Shown here piece by piece: positions 36,361 through 46,943 of a DNA stretch of 64,000 nucleotides. Location: assembly GCA_963758495.1 (NCBI GenBank), contig CAVWVI010000002.1, forward strand, positions 1 to 64,000. Reading direction: 5' to 3'. The translations under genes and the position numbers were made by a program. Each line of letters opens with the position of its first letter. Within the stretch, counting starts at the first letter, position 1. Below the pieces are notes generated by a model. The model was not told the origin of the DNA. It did not search any database and was given only the letters and a program-made list of their open reading frames with translations. The DNA comes from Oligoflexia bacterium (GTDB taxonomy: Bacteria > Bdellovibrionota > UBA1018).

Positions 36361-39300
36361 TTATTTTAATAGATAATCAAAATCAGATTGGCTCAAATGA
36401 CCGTTTCCTGCTACGGTTTCTGCTCCATCTTCAGTTGTCGAAAATAGCGAATTGAATTTAGCGGATTTTCTTTCTTTTAAAATTTCAATTTTTTCCTCGA
36501 CAGATTCTCTCATGAGATAGCGATAGACTTGTACAGGTTTTCGTTGGCCAATTCGATGAGCTCTATCTGATGCTTGATTTTCAACGGCGGGATTCCACCA
36601 AGGTTCAAGATGAAATACATAGCTAGCTTTCACTAGATTCAGTCCAACACCGCCTGTTTTTAATGTCATCAGTAAGACGGATCCTTGAGTCGTTTGCTGA
36701 AAACCTTGAAGGGTTCTTTCACGTTCGGCTCGGGATGTTCCACCATGTAATGAAAAAGATGAAATTTTTTGTAATTGAAGCTCTTTTTTAATCCGATTGA
36801 ACGTATGCAGGAATTGAGTAAATACAAGCGCGCTTTCGCCGCTCTCTGTAATTTCCTGTAATGCTTCCATTAAAACTGTTAATTTAGGAGGGGCTTCAGT
36901 GTATTTGACGTTAGGAATCGAAGCTGGATCTGAACAAGCTTGTCTGAGTCTTAGAAGTGCGGTGAGCATTAAAAGCTGACTCTTAGATTCGCCTTGGGAC
37001 ATGATTGAATCTTTGACCTTCTCGTTCCAGGAAAGAGCTATATCTCTGTAGATCTTTTCCTGCTTCTGTTCAAAGGGAAGTTTGATTGTACTTTCAATTT
37101 TCGGAGGAAGTTCTGAAAGAATTTCGGTTTTTGTCCGACGTAAAACGAGCGGTTTAGATTTTAGTTTTAAATACTTCACGTCATCTTGGAGTAGGGTGTC
37201 TGGTGTAATGTATTTTTCTCGAAAAGTGCCGATTTCTCCGAGGCTGCCGGATACCACCAGATCCATGAGAGAATAGAATTCTCCAAGATGGTTTTCAAGT
37301 GGTGTACCTGTAAGGCATAATTTGAATTTTGCTGAAACTGATCTTGAAGCAGTTGTCCGTTTTGCAGTAATATTTTTCAAATTTTGTGCTTCATCAAAAA
37401 CTAGAATATTCCAGCGCTGATTTTCAAAAAATTCCTGGTGTTCTGTAAATAAGCCATAAGTAGAAATAAGGACGGCTTGTCGATTCTCAGTCAAAAAAGT
37501 AGCTATTTGCTGTTTGGATTTACTTTGAAAAATCTGGGTGGGCAACTCAGGAGTAAATCGTGTTGCCTCACTCATCCAATTGTAAGTTAAGGACGTAGGC
37601 ACAACAATGAGTACAAGCCCCATTTCATCGCGGTTACGAAGAGTTTCCAGAAAGGCAAGGGTTTGAATTGTTTTTCCTAATCCCATATCATCTGCAAGAA
37701 TGCCTCCCAGTCCAAGATCATAGAGATCTAGGAGCCATTGGACGCCTATTTTTTGGTAAGCTTTTAGCTGTGCAATCACAGATATAGGTAAATTGAGCAG
37801 TTCTCGCTTTTTACTCAAAGAATCATAAAATTGACAAATTTTTTGCCAACGTCCACTTCCCTCCACCAAAACACCGGAAGCTCTGAGTGCAAGCATTTCT
37901 AGAGTTTGGCTTCGAGGGAGGCGTAAAAATTTTTCTTCCTTTTTTTGTTTAACTTCGGAGCTTGAGCCACTTTGGATTTTGGCCCAAAAGGCTTCGAGCC
38001 TTTTAACAGAAGGAAGATGCTTATCTTGAATTAAATAAATTTTTCCTTGAAATTCTAATACGCCTTCTTTGGATAAACGTTCAAGTCGTGTTGGATCAAC
38101 CTCAATTCCTTTAAAGAAGAATTTTGGGTGGAGTTCAAACCAATCAATTGAGGTTTTTGATTTTTTATGAATTTCTTCTGGTTCAACAAGATTAAATACA
38201 GGCTTGAAGTCGAGAGTATTCATCTGATCGAGGGGGAGTCCTCCGTAGAAAAGACAAACTCCACTATTTTGAAGAGGGATCAATGTTTGAAGTAAATCTG
38301 AAGAAGAGAGCCAGTTATTGCTTAAATGATAGCGTTGGGCAGCTTCAGGTGGTGCAGGTGTCGGTACTTTAGGTCGAATCAATAATTTATGAAGTGAAGT
38401 TTCGTCATTTTTTCCAAAAAAATGAGAAAAAGCGTTCATGCGTGGTTTTAGGAAACATTGTCCACGACTTTCGATGGCCATTTTAGAAAGAAGCAATTCA
38501 AATATTTCCACCACTATTTTTACGCCACCGTGTAAGCGAAGTTCTTCTTTATTTGTAAAGATGCTTTCAGTTTTAGATTCTACTAGGTGTGAGATTTTTG
38601 AAGCGAACTCTTCAATGAGTTCGATGATCTTTTTTGAGCAAATTTTATCGAGAGAGGGTGCAGGTGATAAGTCTATAAAGCCAGCTTTTTTTTCTATTTC
38701 GAAAAGTAATGCACCCAGTCGAATCAATAAAGTTTTAAAAAAGTCAGCAAAACTCAATTGAGATGGATCATCAAGCTTTTGCTTTTGGATACTGTATTGA
38801 GAGGTTTCGAGTAAAATTACGGCAAAGAGCCCTGCATGTCGAAGTACCTTGAGGTCTCTGTCTCTTTTAATTCCCCGGCGATCTTGAGCAATTAATTTAT
38901 TGTCTTGCTGAGTAGTGGCACCTAATCCTCCCACTAATCCTTTGAGCATCAGATTAATGATTTCAGGAAAATTCCAAACCTCAATGCTGCCTGATTCAGT
39001 TTCAATCTCCCGACAAAATTGGATTTCACCCTGAGTAGTAATCCAAATTTGAGAATTAATTTGAGAAGGAAGAATATTTTGAAGTCCAATTCGTTGGATC
39101 AAATTGAAATTTTGTATTTGAAGTTTGTGATCCAGTTCTTGGGTGAGCTTTTGGATAAAGTAATGATCCTGAGTGGGAAGTTTGAATGAGGATAGTTGAT
39201 TGACTTGTTCTACTAATAATTCATTATAAGAGGTTTCTCCCAACTCAGAGTAGATAGAGTGATAAATGAGTTCACTCATTGCATGATAGGGGTGAAAATA

Positions 39301-40065
39301 GAGTGATCCAGCATGTGAGTCCAGCTCAAATCCTTGAAAAATCTGCCCATGAGAGTCAAATGGGACTTCAACGAAGGAAAGTGAAGCATATCCATTTTCA
39401 GGGGTGAGTTGCCAAAAGGATCGGGGTCGAGGAAGAATTTGTACTGAATTTAAGCGTGAGGCATTTCTTTCAGTTTCTCTTTCAAGCGAATGAGTGATCC
39501 ATACTTCTACTCGGTCATCAGGATTGCCTTGCGAAGCATAGGACGAGGCATTCATTAAAATAGAAATCAGGGTGAGTTCAGCTTTTCTCAAGTTACCCCA
39601 AAGCGGCAGTTTTTCTTGAGGTAATAGACGTAACCAGGGCTGATGTGAAGTCTCTGGTCTGATTTGAGTCATGAGTGGCAATAAACTGACTGGTACTCGA
39701 CTACAATATTTATGGTAAAGAATCTCTCGAGCCGTAATAACCAGATTGTCAGTGAACTGATATTGAATGGTATCCCCCAGAGTCATTGACCCGGGATGAG
39801 AGTGCCACGGCAAAAAATTTTGCTGGGGAGGACTTCCGAAGTAGGTCGGAACCTCAGATAGTTGAATGGCAGGGTTGGCTAGAGAAGAAGTAAAATCATT
39901 GGAATGTGGCTTGATTCCTATTTTCATCTGATAGGGAAAAAGGGAAGTGGGGTCACTGGTTTTTGTGCCATTTAAAGCGAGCAGCCCAGGAGAGCTAAAT
40001 ATAATCGCTTTCAGGCGAGCTTCTTTAGAAGTTTGTATTTGATGATTACTCATTCTAAAATCCAT
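36361..40065 (-). CDS. SNF2-family DEAD/H-box helicase
   Basis: LADDMGLGKT, DEAQ, LTGTP, GGVGLNL and WWNPAVENQASDRAHRIGQ motifs. Confidence 0.93.
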   Translation of the reverse strand: MDFRMSNHQIQTSKEARLKAIIFSSPGLLALNGTKTSDPTSLFPYQMKIGIKPHSNDFTSSLANPAIQLSEVPTYFGSPPQQNFLPWHSHPGSMTLGDTIQYQFTDNLVITAREILYHKYCSRVPVSLLPLMTQIRPETSHQPWLRLLPQEKLPLWGNLRKAELTLISILMNASSYASQGNPDDRVEVWITHSLERETERNASRLNSVQILPRPRSFWQLTPENGYASLSFVEVPFDSHGQIFQGFELDSHAGSLYFHPYHAMSELIYHSIYSELGETSYNELLVEQVNQLSSFKLPTQDHYFIQKLTQELDHKLQIQNFNLIQRIGLQNILPSQINSQIWITTQGEIQFCREIETESGSIEVWNFPEIINLMLKGLVGGLGATTQQDNKLIAQDRRGIKRDRDLKVLRHAGLFAVILLETSQYSIQKQKLDDPSQLSFADFFKTLLIRLGALLFEIEKKAGFIDLSPAPSLDKICSKKIIELIEEFASKISHLVESKTESIFTNKEELRLHGGVKIVVEIFELLLSKMAIESRGQCFLKPRMNAFSHFFGKNDETSLHKLLIRPKVPTPAPPEAAQRYHLSNNWLSSSDLLQTLIPLQNSGVCLFYGGLPLDQMNTLDFKPVFNLVEPEEIHKKSKTSIDWFELHPKFFFKGIEVDPTRLERLSKEGVLEFQGKIYLIQDKHLPSVKRLEAFWAKIQSGSSSEVKQKKEEKFLRLPRSQTLEMLALRASGVLVEGSGRWQKICQFYDSLSKKRELLNLPISVIAQLKAYQKIGVQWLLDLYDLGLGGILADDMGLGKTIQTLAFLETLRNRDEMGLVLIVVPTSLTYNWMSEATRFTPELPTQIFQSKSKQQIATFLTENRQAVLISTYGLFTEHQEFFENQRWNILVFDEAQNLKNITAKRTTASRSVSAKFKLCLTGTPLENHLGEFYSLMDLVVSGSLGEIGTFREKYITPDTLLQDDVKYLKLKSKPLVLRRTKTEILSELPPKIESTIKLPFEQKQEKIYRDIALSWNEKVKDSIMSQGESKSQLLMLTALLRLRQACSDPASIPNVKYTEAPPKLTVLMEALQEITESGESALVFTQFLHTFNRIKKELQLQKISSFSLHGGTSRAERERTLQGFQQTTQGSVLLMTLKTGGVGLNLVKASYVFHLEPWWNPAVENQASDRAHRIGQRKPVQVYRYLMRESVEEKIEILKERKSAKFNSLFSTTEDGAETVAGNGHLSQSDFDYLLK

Positions 40066-40132
40066 TTCCTATCCTCAAGTCTTAATATGAGGGGAGTATT
40101 GTATACGGAAGGAGAAGAAATGACCAGTACTC

Positions 40133-40963
40133 CTAATTCTTAGGGAAGTCTTCAGTCCGTGCGTGTGCTGAAATTACACTTATTGAGAAGAGAGCTGCCG
40201 TTTCAGCCCTTAAAATGAGTGGCCCCAGATGGATCCGATGCTGAGGGGAGACTTGGCTTTGCAGGTTGAGGAGAGTTCTTTCAGAAGAGCTCCAACCTCC
40301 CTCTGGGCCAATAAGAACTTTGAGTAGAGAGCCCTTCTGAGGGGGGTGAGCAAAAAGCCAATTCAATAAATAAGGAGATTCTGCTTGGCTTGCTTCATCG
40401 CACCAAAGTCGACTCCATGAGGGGGACTGATTCTGATTTGTTGGTAAATTTTCTAATGATAGCAAATTTTCTAATGAAATCGGAAGGCTAATATCCATTC
40501 GATCTAGGCGACCACATTGTTTTAATGCCTGATCGGCGATTTTTTGCCAACGTTCTCGAAATAATTCAGGACCTTTGGTTTTCATTTGAACGACGGTGTG
40601 AGCAGTTAAAACAGGCACTAGCTTTAAAACACCTAATTCGACCGCTTTTTCGACCACCCATTCCATGGCTTCACCTTTAAGTACAGCCATTTCTAAAATG
40701 AATGGGAAGGGCATATTCGCTTTATGTAAATTTGGCTCTGGGTCTACTGAGTTAAAAAATTCGAGCTCGGTAAATTCTCCTCGAAGTCGCAGTGTTGCTT
40801 GGATTTTATTGCCATTTCCATCAAGGACTTCAACAATATCTCCATTACGAAGACGTAATACACGGGTGGCATGGTGAGCTTCATCTGCTGAAAGGGTTAC
40901 TATCACTCCTTTTTGAGGTAGTTTTGGACAGAGAAGCCGTTTAAGTCGAGTATGATCAGACAT
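40133..40963 (-). CDS. rsmE: 16S rRNA m3U1498 methyltransferase
   Basis: HHATRVLRL, EKAVELGV, QCGR, IGPEGGWS and LGPLILRAETA motifs. Confidence 0.92.
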   Translation of the reverse strand: MSDHTRLKRLLCPKLPQKGVIVTLSADEAHHATRVLRLRNGDIVEVLDGNGNKIQATLRLRGEFTELEFFNSVDPEPNLHKANMPFPFILEMAVLKGEAMEWVVEKAVELGVLKLVPVLTAHTVVQMKTKGPELFRERWQKIADQALKQCGRLDRMDISLPISLENLLSLENLPTNQNQSPSWSRLWCDEASQAESPYLLNWLFAHPPQKGSLLKVLIGPEGGWSSSERTLLNLQSQVSPQHRIHLGPLILRAETAALFSISVISAHARTEDFPKN

Positions 40964-41005
40964 GAGTTTACAGATATCAGTTTTAACGTAAGATTACAGG
41001 TGAAT

Positions 41006-42403
41006 ATGATGACTCACAAAGCCCTAATTTTGCCTTGTTTTTTAGTCCTTCTTTCAAATATTTCATTCGCATTGCCGATGGAAAGGAGTGAACTCTGCAA
41101 GGAGTCCTATTGCGCCGAAAATCCAAATTACGAAAGGGATCATTCTTCGATATGGGGTCCTGAAGGGACTTTTCTCTCCTTACTGCCACGGTATCGGTTT
41201 TCCGTAGATGATCGTTTACACAAAAACGTAGCCTTTTGGGTTCAAATTTACACTCAATATTATACTTATCAAGGGGTGGTTCATGATGCAAAATATATTG
41301 ATCATGTCTATGAAATCATTGATTTGAAGAATTCAGCCATAAAAAGTTCAAAAATATCAAAAAATGCAAAAAAAAAGTGGAAGGCTATTCTCCTGTCTCT
41401 CCATCGAAAACAGTTTACTCATCAGAAAATGACAGATGAGGAAAAACGGGTTTTTGAAATGTACAAGGATGTAAGTGAGCCAAATAAGTTTTTGAATGCG
41501 GCACATCGCAAGCGACTTCATTTTCAGCTTGGACAAAGAGACCGCTTTTTAGATGGTCTTTATCAATCAGGAAGGTTTCTCCCTGTGATGGAAGCTCTTT
41601 TTAAAAAAGAAGGTTTACCTTTAGAATTAACTCGTCTTCCTTTTGTAGAAAGCAGCTTTAATATACGGGCAAAGTCAAAAGTTGGGGCGAGTGGTATTTG
41701 GCAATTTATGCGATCCACGGGGCGGCTCTTTTTACATATTAATTCAGCCGTTGATGAGCGAAATGATCCTGTGCTGGCGACGGCGGCTGCAGCTAAGTTG
41801 CTTAAAATGAATTATGAATCGCTGAACAATTGGCCACTGGCTGTAACTGCTTATAATCATGGGCGTAAAGGCATAATGCGAGCTGTTCAGAAGGTGGGAT
41901 CGGAAGATCTTGAAGAGTTAGTAGCAGACTATCATGGGCGTTCATTTGGTTTTGCAAGTAGTAATTTTTTTACGGAGCTCTTAGCTGCGATAGAAGTAGA
42001 GAAAAATGCAGAAAAATATTTTGGGAACATAGAGCGAGCTAAGTCAATCGATCATATTGAAGTCAAAATTCCTGACTTTATAGATATTCGAGAATTAATT
42101 CGGCGACTTAAGGCAAATACTCAAGAAATAATGGAACTGAATCCTAGCCTTACGCGTCTTGTTTTTTCGGGAGAGCTTCTGTTGCCTGCAGGCTATTATT
42201 TGCGAATTCCTTCTTCTCCTGGACAGAACACCGAGATTGCTTTAAAAACTTTTTGGCACACATATGACCAAATTCCTCAAACCTTTAAGCTGAGAGGTCA
42301 AAGGGCTTTAAAGTATGGTACAAAAGATAGGTCATTAAAAAAGCGAATTAAACATCACACAAGTGATCTCCGAGTAGGAATGAGTTTGTGTTTATTGGAG
42401 TGA
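41006..42403 (+). CDS. Lytic transglycosylase (MltD-like SLT)
   Basis: LPFVESSF, GASGIWQFM, AYNHG motifs; signal peptide. Confidence 0.88.
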   Translation: MMTHKALILPCFLVLLSNISFALPMERSELCKESYCAENPNYERDHSSIWGPEGTFLSLLPRYRFSVDDRLHKNVAFWVQIYTQYYTYQGVVHDAKYIDHVYEIIDLKNSAIKSSKISKNAKKKWKAILLSLHRKQFTHQKMTDEEKRVFEMYKDVSEPNKFLNAAHRKRLHFQLGQRDRFLDGLYQSGRFLPVMEALFKKEGLPLELTRLPFVESSFNIRAKSKVGASGIWQFMRSTGRLFLHINSAVDERNDPVLATAAAAKLLKMNYESLNNWPLAVTAYNHGRKGIMRAVQKVGSEDLEELVADYHGRSFGFASSNFFTELLAAIEVEKNAEKYFGNIERAKSIDHIEVKIPDFIDIRELIRRLKANTQEIMELNPSLTRLVFSGELLLPAGYYLRIPSSPGQNTEIALKTFWHTYDQIPQTFKLRGQRALKYGTKDRSLKKRIKHHTSDLRVGMSLCLLE

Positions 42404-42415
42404 GGTAGTGACTTC

Positions 42416-43054
42416 ATGTATTTGGTAGGGATTGCTGGGGGATCAGGTTCAGGAAAAACAACCTTTGCAAAGAAGATTCTTCAGAGAATCCCTCATGCAA
42501 GTGGAGGTACAGTTGCTTTGCTCCATCAGGATTCTTATTATTTACCTTCACCTCAAGCACACCTTCGTGTACATGGGGAGCCTAACTTTGATCACCCCGA
42601 TGCATTTGATTGGAAGTTATTGAAAGAACATCTTACTAAGTTGAAAAATGGAGAACAGATCCAGTCTCCTATTTATGATTACCTGACGAATCGACGGACT
42701 TCTAAAGTTGAAGTCGTGGGTCCTTGTAAGTCATTGTTAATGGAGGGTATTTTTACACTTTGGGATCCAGATATTAGAAATCTTTTTGATCTGAAAATTT
42801 ACCTGAATGTTGAAGCTGATATCCGATTTATAAGGCGCCTTCATCGAGATGTGCGTGAACGAGGAAGGTCTTTAGATGGCATTATTCGCCAGTATTACGA
42901 TACAGTAAGACCTATGCATCATGAATTTTTGGAACCTACACGGCAATATGCAGATATCGTTGTGGGTGAAGAAACGGATATTGCAGCTGATGTTTTAGCA
43001 GCGCGAGTGAATGAAAAAGTGAGACAAAAAATGGAAGAGGAGTCACTTCTTTGA
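42416..43054 (+). CDS. udk: Uridine kinase
   Basis: GIAGGSGSGKT, QDSYY, NFDHPDA and RDVRERGR motifs. Confidence 0.93.
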   Translation: MYLVGIAGGSGSGKTTFAKKILQRIPHASGGTVALLHQDSYYLPSPQAHLRVHGEPNFDHPDAFDWKLLKEHLTKLKNGEQIQSPIYDYLTNRRTSKVEVVGPCKSLLMEGIFTLWDPDIRNLFDLKIYLNVEADIRFIRRLHRDVRERGRSLDGIIRQYYDTVRPMHHEFLEPTRQYADIVVGEETDIAADVLAARVNEKVRQKMEEESLL

Positions 43055-44715
43055 GCGAATTAAAAATAATTCCTTTAGGGGGGTTGGGAGAAATCGGCAT
43101 GAACTGCATGGTCCTCGAGTACAAGGATGAAATCCTTGTGGTGGACTGTGGTCTCCTTTTCTCGGATTTAGATCATTTTGGTGTTGAGTTTGTCATTCCT
43201 GATTTTAGTTATTTAAAAGAGCGAAAGGACAAGGTTAAAGGCTTCCTGATTACTCATGGTCATGAAGATCATATTGGAGCCCTTCCTTTTGCACTCAAAG
43301 CGGGTATTCATGCCCCTGTGTTTGCGTCTAGTTTTTCGTCTCTCTTGATTCGAGAGCGTTTGAAAGAGCATGGGCTTGAAGATCGAGTGGATCTCAGAAC
43401 TTTCAAGATGGGAGATGAGATTGAATTTAATCATTTCAAGGTGAAAACCATTTCAGTAAATCATAGCATCGTTGATTCAGCTGCACTGATTATTGATACT
43501 CCTCTGGGCAAAGTGGTGCATACAGGAGACTTTAAGATTGATGGGACTCCTTTTTACGGCCAAATGATTGATTTAAAAGCTTTTTCTCGTGCAGGCGACG
43601 AGGGCGTTTTATTGTTGATGTCAGATTCTACTAATGTGGAACGGCATGAACACAGTTTGAGTGAAAGTATCATTTATCAAAAATTTGAGCAGCTTTTTGC
43701 CGCAGCTGAAGGGCTTACAATTGTTTCGATGTTTGCATCGAACGTAGGCCGAATGGGGCAAATTTTTGAATTGGCAGCAAAGCTTGATAAAAAGATTGCA
43801 CTCACCGGTCGAACTATGGATCAGAATGTTCGGCTGGGCTTGGAAGCCGGTTATTTAAAAGGTGCGAGCTCAAGACTGATTAGTTTGGATGATTTGGACA
43901 AGTATCCTAGGAATCAAGTCATTGTACTCTCCACTGGGAGTCAAGGAGAGCATCGCTCTGCTCTGATTCGGGTGGCCAACGGAGAGCATTCTCAAATTCA
44001 TCTACAACAAGGTGATTTAGTTTTAATGAGTTCAAAATTTATCCCAGGCAATGAAAAGGCTATCGGTCGAATGATCAATAATCTTTTTAAACAAGGTGCT
44101 GAAGTTCTGTACGAGGCAGTGCATGATATTCACGTCTCAGGACATGCGACCCGCCCTGAATTGAAGGAGATGTTGAACCGGGTTCGTCCGAAATATTTTA
44201 TACCTATTCACGGTGAATACCGCCATTTGGTTCATCATGCAGCTGTGGCCGAAGAGACAGGAATTCCAGCTAAAAATGTTCTCATTGCGGTGAATGGTGA
44301 TGTGGTTCAACTCACTCCTGATTCTTGTCGAGTGATCGAACACATGGAAGAGTCTCGAGTTTTAGTTGAAGGTCGAGAAGGAAATGATGTTTCAAAACTG
44401 CTCTTGCGCGAACGCAGACAAATGGGTGAAAAAGGAGTGGTTTTCTCGTTAGTCGTGAGAAATGCCGAGAGTCGTCGAATCATTTCGGGCCCTGAGATTA
44501 TTTCCAAAGGTCTTGCTCATGAAGATAGAGAGGGTTGGCTGATTGAAGAAGCGAAGAAACTCGTAAAGAAAATTATTGCTGACTATGATCTAGCCGTTGG
44601 GGGACGCGGACCTGAAATGGATCTTCAGGAAACAATTCGAGTAGAGCTTCGCCGATTTTTTAATCACAATATAGGCAAAAAACCAACTGTGTTACCCATT
44701 GTTTTGGATTTATAA
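43051..44715 (+). CDS. rnj: Ribonuclease J
   Basis: PLGGLGEIGMN, THGHEDHIG, HTGDFK and HVSGH motifs. Confidence 0.95.
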   Translation: MSELKIIPLGGLGEIGMNCMVLEYKDEILVVDCGLLFSDLDHFGVEFVIPDFSYLKERKDKVKGFLITHGHEDHIGALPFALKAGIHAPVFASSFSSLLIRERLKEHGLEDRVDLRTFKMGDEIEFNHFKVKTISVNHSIVDSAALIIDTPLGKVVHTGDFKIDGTPFYGQMIDLKAFSRAGDEGVLLLMSDSTNVERHEHSLSESIIYQKFEQLFAAAEGLTIVSMFASNVGRMGQIFELAAKLDKKIALTGRTMDQNVRLGLEAGYLKGASSRLISLDDLDKYPRNQVIVLSTGSQGEHRSALIRVANGEHSQIHLQQGDLVLMSSKFIPGNEKAIGRMINNLFKQGAEVLYEAVHDIHVSGHATRPELKEMLNRVRPKYFIPIHGEYRHLVHHAAVAEETGIPAKNVLIAVNGDVVQLTPDSCRVIEHMEESRVLVEGREGNDVSKLLLRERRQMGEKGVVFSLVVRNAESRRIISGPEIISKGLAHEDREGWLIEEAKKLVKKIIADYDLAVGGRGPEMDLQETIRVELRRFFNHNIGKKPTVLPIVLDL

Positions 44716-44757
44716 GCTATAGATTTTATTAAATATTTTAATACCTGATTTAATAGC

Positions 44758-44784
44758 TAAAGTTTATGCATCTCCTGCCGATAG
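44758..44784 (+). promoter_or_regulatory. Sigma28 (FliA) promoter
   Basis: TAAAGTTT-N11-GCCGATAG (TAAA-N15-GCCGATAG). Confidence 0.7.
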
Positions 44785-44811
44785 GAATTATGAAGGTTGG
44801 AGGAAATCAGG

Positions 44812-45201
44812 ATGTCGAAAGCTCATGCAAGTAATGAAAAGGCAAAAGAAACTCATCCAGGTGTAAGCCCTGAAAAGACTAAGGGATCACATGCGCCGCA
44901 TCAGGCGACCCATGATACTGAACATCCACCGCATACGGGCGAAGCAAAGAAGTCCGATCATAAAAAAGCTGAGGCTCCTCCCCTTACCCCTCGAAGTAAA
45001 ATTCACAATGTTCTGCCAGGAGGATGTCATGCTTGGAGTTGTAAAACTCAGGCGACACGATTTAATTTCTGTGATGAACATTATGATCATTTCAAGTTTG
45101 GCTTAATTAAGAAAACCGGAGAACCGGTTTCTGATTATGAGAAAAAGATCGAACACTACATGGCTCATAAAGCCAAAAAAGTTGTTCAAAAAGTTGCGTA
45201 G
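44812..45201 (+). CDS. Small protein with disordered N-terminus and a C-x4-C-x9-C-x2-H putative zinc finger
   Basis: CHAWSCKTQATRFNFCDEH; GGAGG SD. Confidence 0.65.
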   Translation: MSKAHASNEKAKETHPGVSPEKTKGSHAPHQATHDTEHPPHTGEAKKSDHKKAEAPPLTPRSKIHNVLPGGCHAWSCKTQATRFNFCDEHYDHFKFGLIKKTGEPVSDYEKKIEHYMAHKAKKVVQKVA

Positions 45202-45236
45202 CGATACGCAAAAGCGCTGTACCCACCACCTCCTCG

Positions 45237-45282
45237 CGAAGCCCTGGGATCTGTTCAGATTTTGGGGCTTTGCTTCTTTTTT
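45237..45282 (+). terminator. Intrinsic terminator
   Basis: GCGAAGCCCTGGGATCTG...GATTTTGGGGCTTTGC followed by a T-tract; lies between convergent genes. Confidence 0.55.
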
Positions 45283-45305
45283 AGTAAGCAGCTCCTTTAG
45301 GGTTC

Positions 45306-46043
45306 TTACTCTAAATGAATACCTGAATGTTTAAATGTTTGAAGCTGTATTTCACGAATCTGTTTGATGGCAATCATTGCGGAATCTGTCATATGGTCTA
45401 GATCTGCTTTAGAAAACGTTTTTTGCTCTCCTGTTCCTTGGACTTCGACAAAGCCACCTTTTCCTGTCATGACAAAGTTCATATCTACATCAGTTGAAGA
45501 ATCTTCATTGTAGTCCAAATCGACTAGGACTTCTCCGTTTTTAATTCCTACGCTGACTGCTGCAATCGTATCTACAAAAGTTTGAGCAGGTATTTTTCCT
45601 TCTTGAATGAGTTTTCCTAAAGCAATCCCTAAAGCCACACAGCCGCCAGTGATCGATGCAGTGCGTGTTCCACCGTCAGCTTGGAGAACGTCACAATCAA
45701 TCATAACGGAGCGTTCACCCAATTTTTCCAAATCAATCATTGAACGTAATGCACGACCAATGAGACGTTGAATCTCTTGGGTTCGGCCGGATACTTTTTC
45801 ACGATCGCGTTTTGATCGGGTGTGAGTAGCACGAGGCAACATAGAGTATTCTGCAGTGACCCAGCCTTTTCCTTTGCCTTTTAGCCAGCCTGGAACAGAT
45901 TCTTCAATAGAGGCTGTGCAGAGTACATGGGTATGTCCTGCGCGTATGAGTACGGACCCTTCTGCATATCGAGTTACTCCAGTTTCTAGAGTCAATGGTC
46001 TAATTTGATCCGGTTTTCTGCCTTCAGGAATTCGTTGAATCAT
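45306..46043 (-). CDS. rph: Ribonuclease PH
   Basis: [26 protein letters not shown] and [13 protein letters not shown] motifs. Confidence 0.95.
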   Translation of the reverse strand: MIQRIPEGRKPDQIRPLTLETGVTRYAEGSVLIRAGHTHVLCTASIEESVPGWLKGKGKGWVTAEYSMLPRATHTRSKRDREKVSGRTQEIQRLIGRALRSMIDLEKLGERSVMIDCDVLQADGGTRTASITGGCVALGIALGKLIQEGKIPAQTFVDTIAAVSVGIKNGEVLVDLDYNEDSSTDVDMNFVMTGKGGFVEVQGTGEQKTFSKADLDHMTDSAMIAIKQIREIQLQTFKHSGIHLE

Positions 46044-46079
46044 TTTATTTATCCAAAATTTTGATGTAGTTTTGCAAGA

Positions 46080-46943
46080 ATGTATCATGAATTACCTGGA
46101 ATATGGAAAGATCTATTGAGAAATGGCCTCAAAGAAGATGGTTGGCCATGGGATTGGACGACGTTGGGTACAAGAAAAAGTAAAAATCGAAAGCTTCATG
46201 CGCGAGTGATTGGAAAGTCAGAGGGGATTTGGGCTGCAGAAAGCTTGGTGACGGCACTTGAGAGTTTAGCGGAAAATATTCAAGCTAAATCCAGGCTTTC
46301 GGACGGAAAAAAATTTAAAATCGGTCAAGTGATTGTAACTATCCAAGGGGCCACGGATGAAATTTTAGCATTGGAAAGGCCTTTTCTTAACTTAGCGGCT
46401 TATTCAAGTGGAATTGCCACCACAACCGCACGTTTAGTTGAAAAAGTGCAGCAGGCGTGTCCAAATTTTACTCCACGGATTACTTTGACTCGAAAAACCC
46501 TCCCGCACTACCGAGATATTTCAATTCATAGTGTTCGAGTGGGGGGAGGATATCCTCATAGAGTGAGCCTCGCGGGTGGAGTTTTAATTAAGGAAAATCA
46601 TATTGCTGCAGCAGGAAGTATCCTGAAAGCCGTTGAGGGAGTTCGTGCTCTAGCACCCCACGGTTTAAAAATTGAAGTAGAAGTTCGGAATCAGTCTGAG
46701 CTTCAGCAGGCAGTAGATGCCCATGCAGAAGGAATACTCTTAGATAATTTTTCACCTGAACAAGTTCTTTCTTCGGTTAAATTTTTAAAAAAAGTAAAAA
46801 ATCGTCCCTTCATTGAAGTTTCGGGGGGGCTTACAGAATCAAATATTTCTTCTTATGCCATTCCAGGTGTAGATGTGCTTTCCGTAGGGGGACTCACTCA
46901 TTCGGTACAGGCTGTTGATCTTTCATTATTAATTTATGAATAA
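46080..46943 (+). CDS. nadC: Nicotinate-nucleotide pyrophosphorylase (carboxylating)
   Basis: ERPFLN, TRKT, LIKENH, EVEV, LLDNF and EVSGG motifs. Confidence 0.92.
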   Translation: MYHELPGIWKDLLRNGLKEDGWPWDWTTLGTRKSKNRKLHARVIGKSEGIWAAESLVTALESLAENIQAKSRLSDGKKFKIGQVIVTIQGATDEILALERPFLNLAAYSSGIATTTARLVEKVQQACPNFTPRITLTRKTLPHYRDISIHSVRVGGGYPHRVSLAGGVLIKENHIAAAGSILKAVEGVRALAPHGLKIEVEVRNQSELQQAVDAHAEGILLDNFSPEQVLSSVKFLKKVKNRPFIEVSGGLTESNISSYAIPGVDVLSVGGLTHSVQAVDLSLLIYE

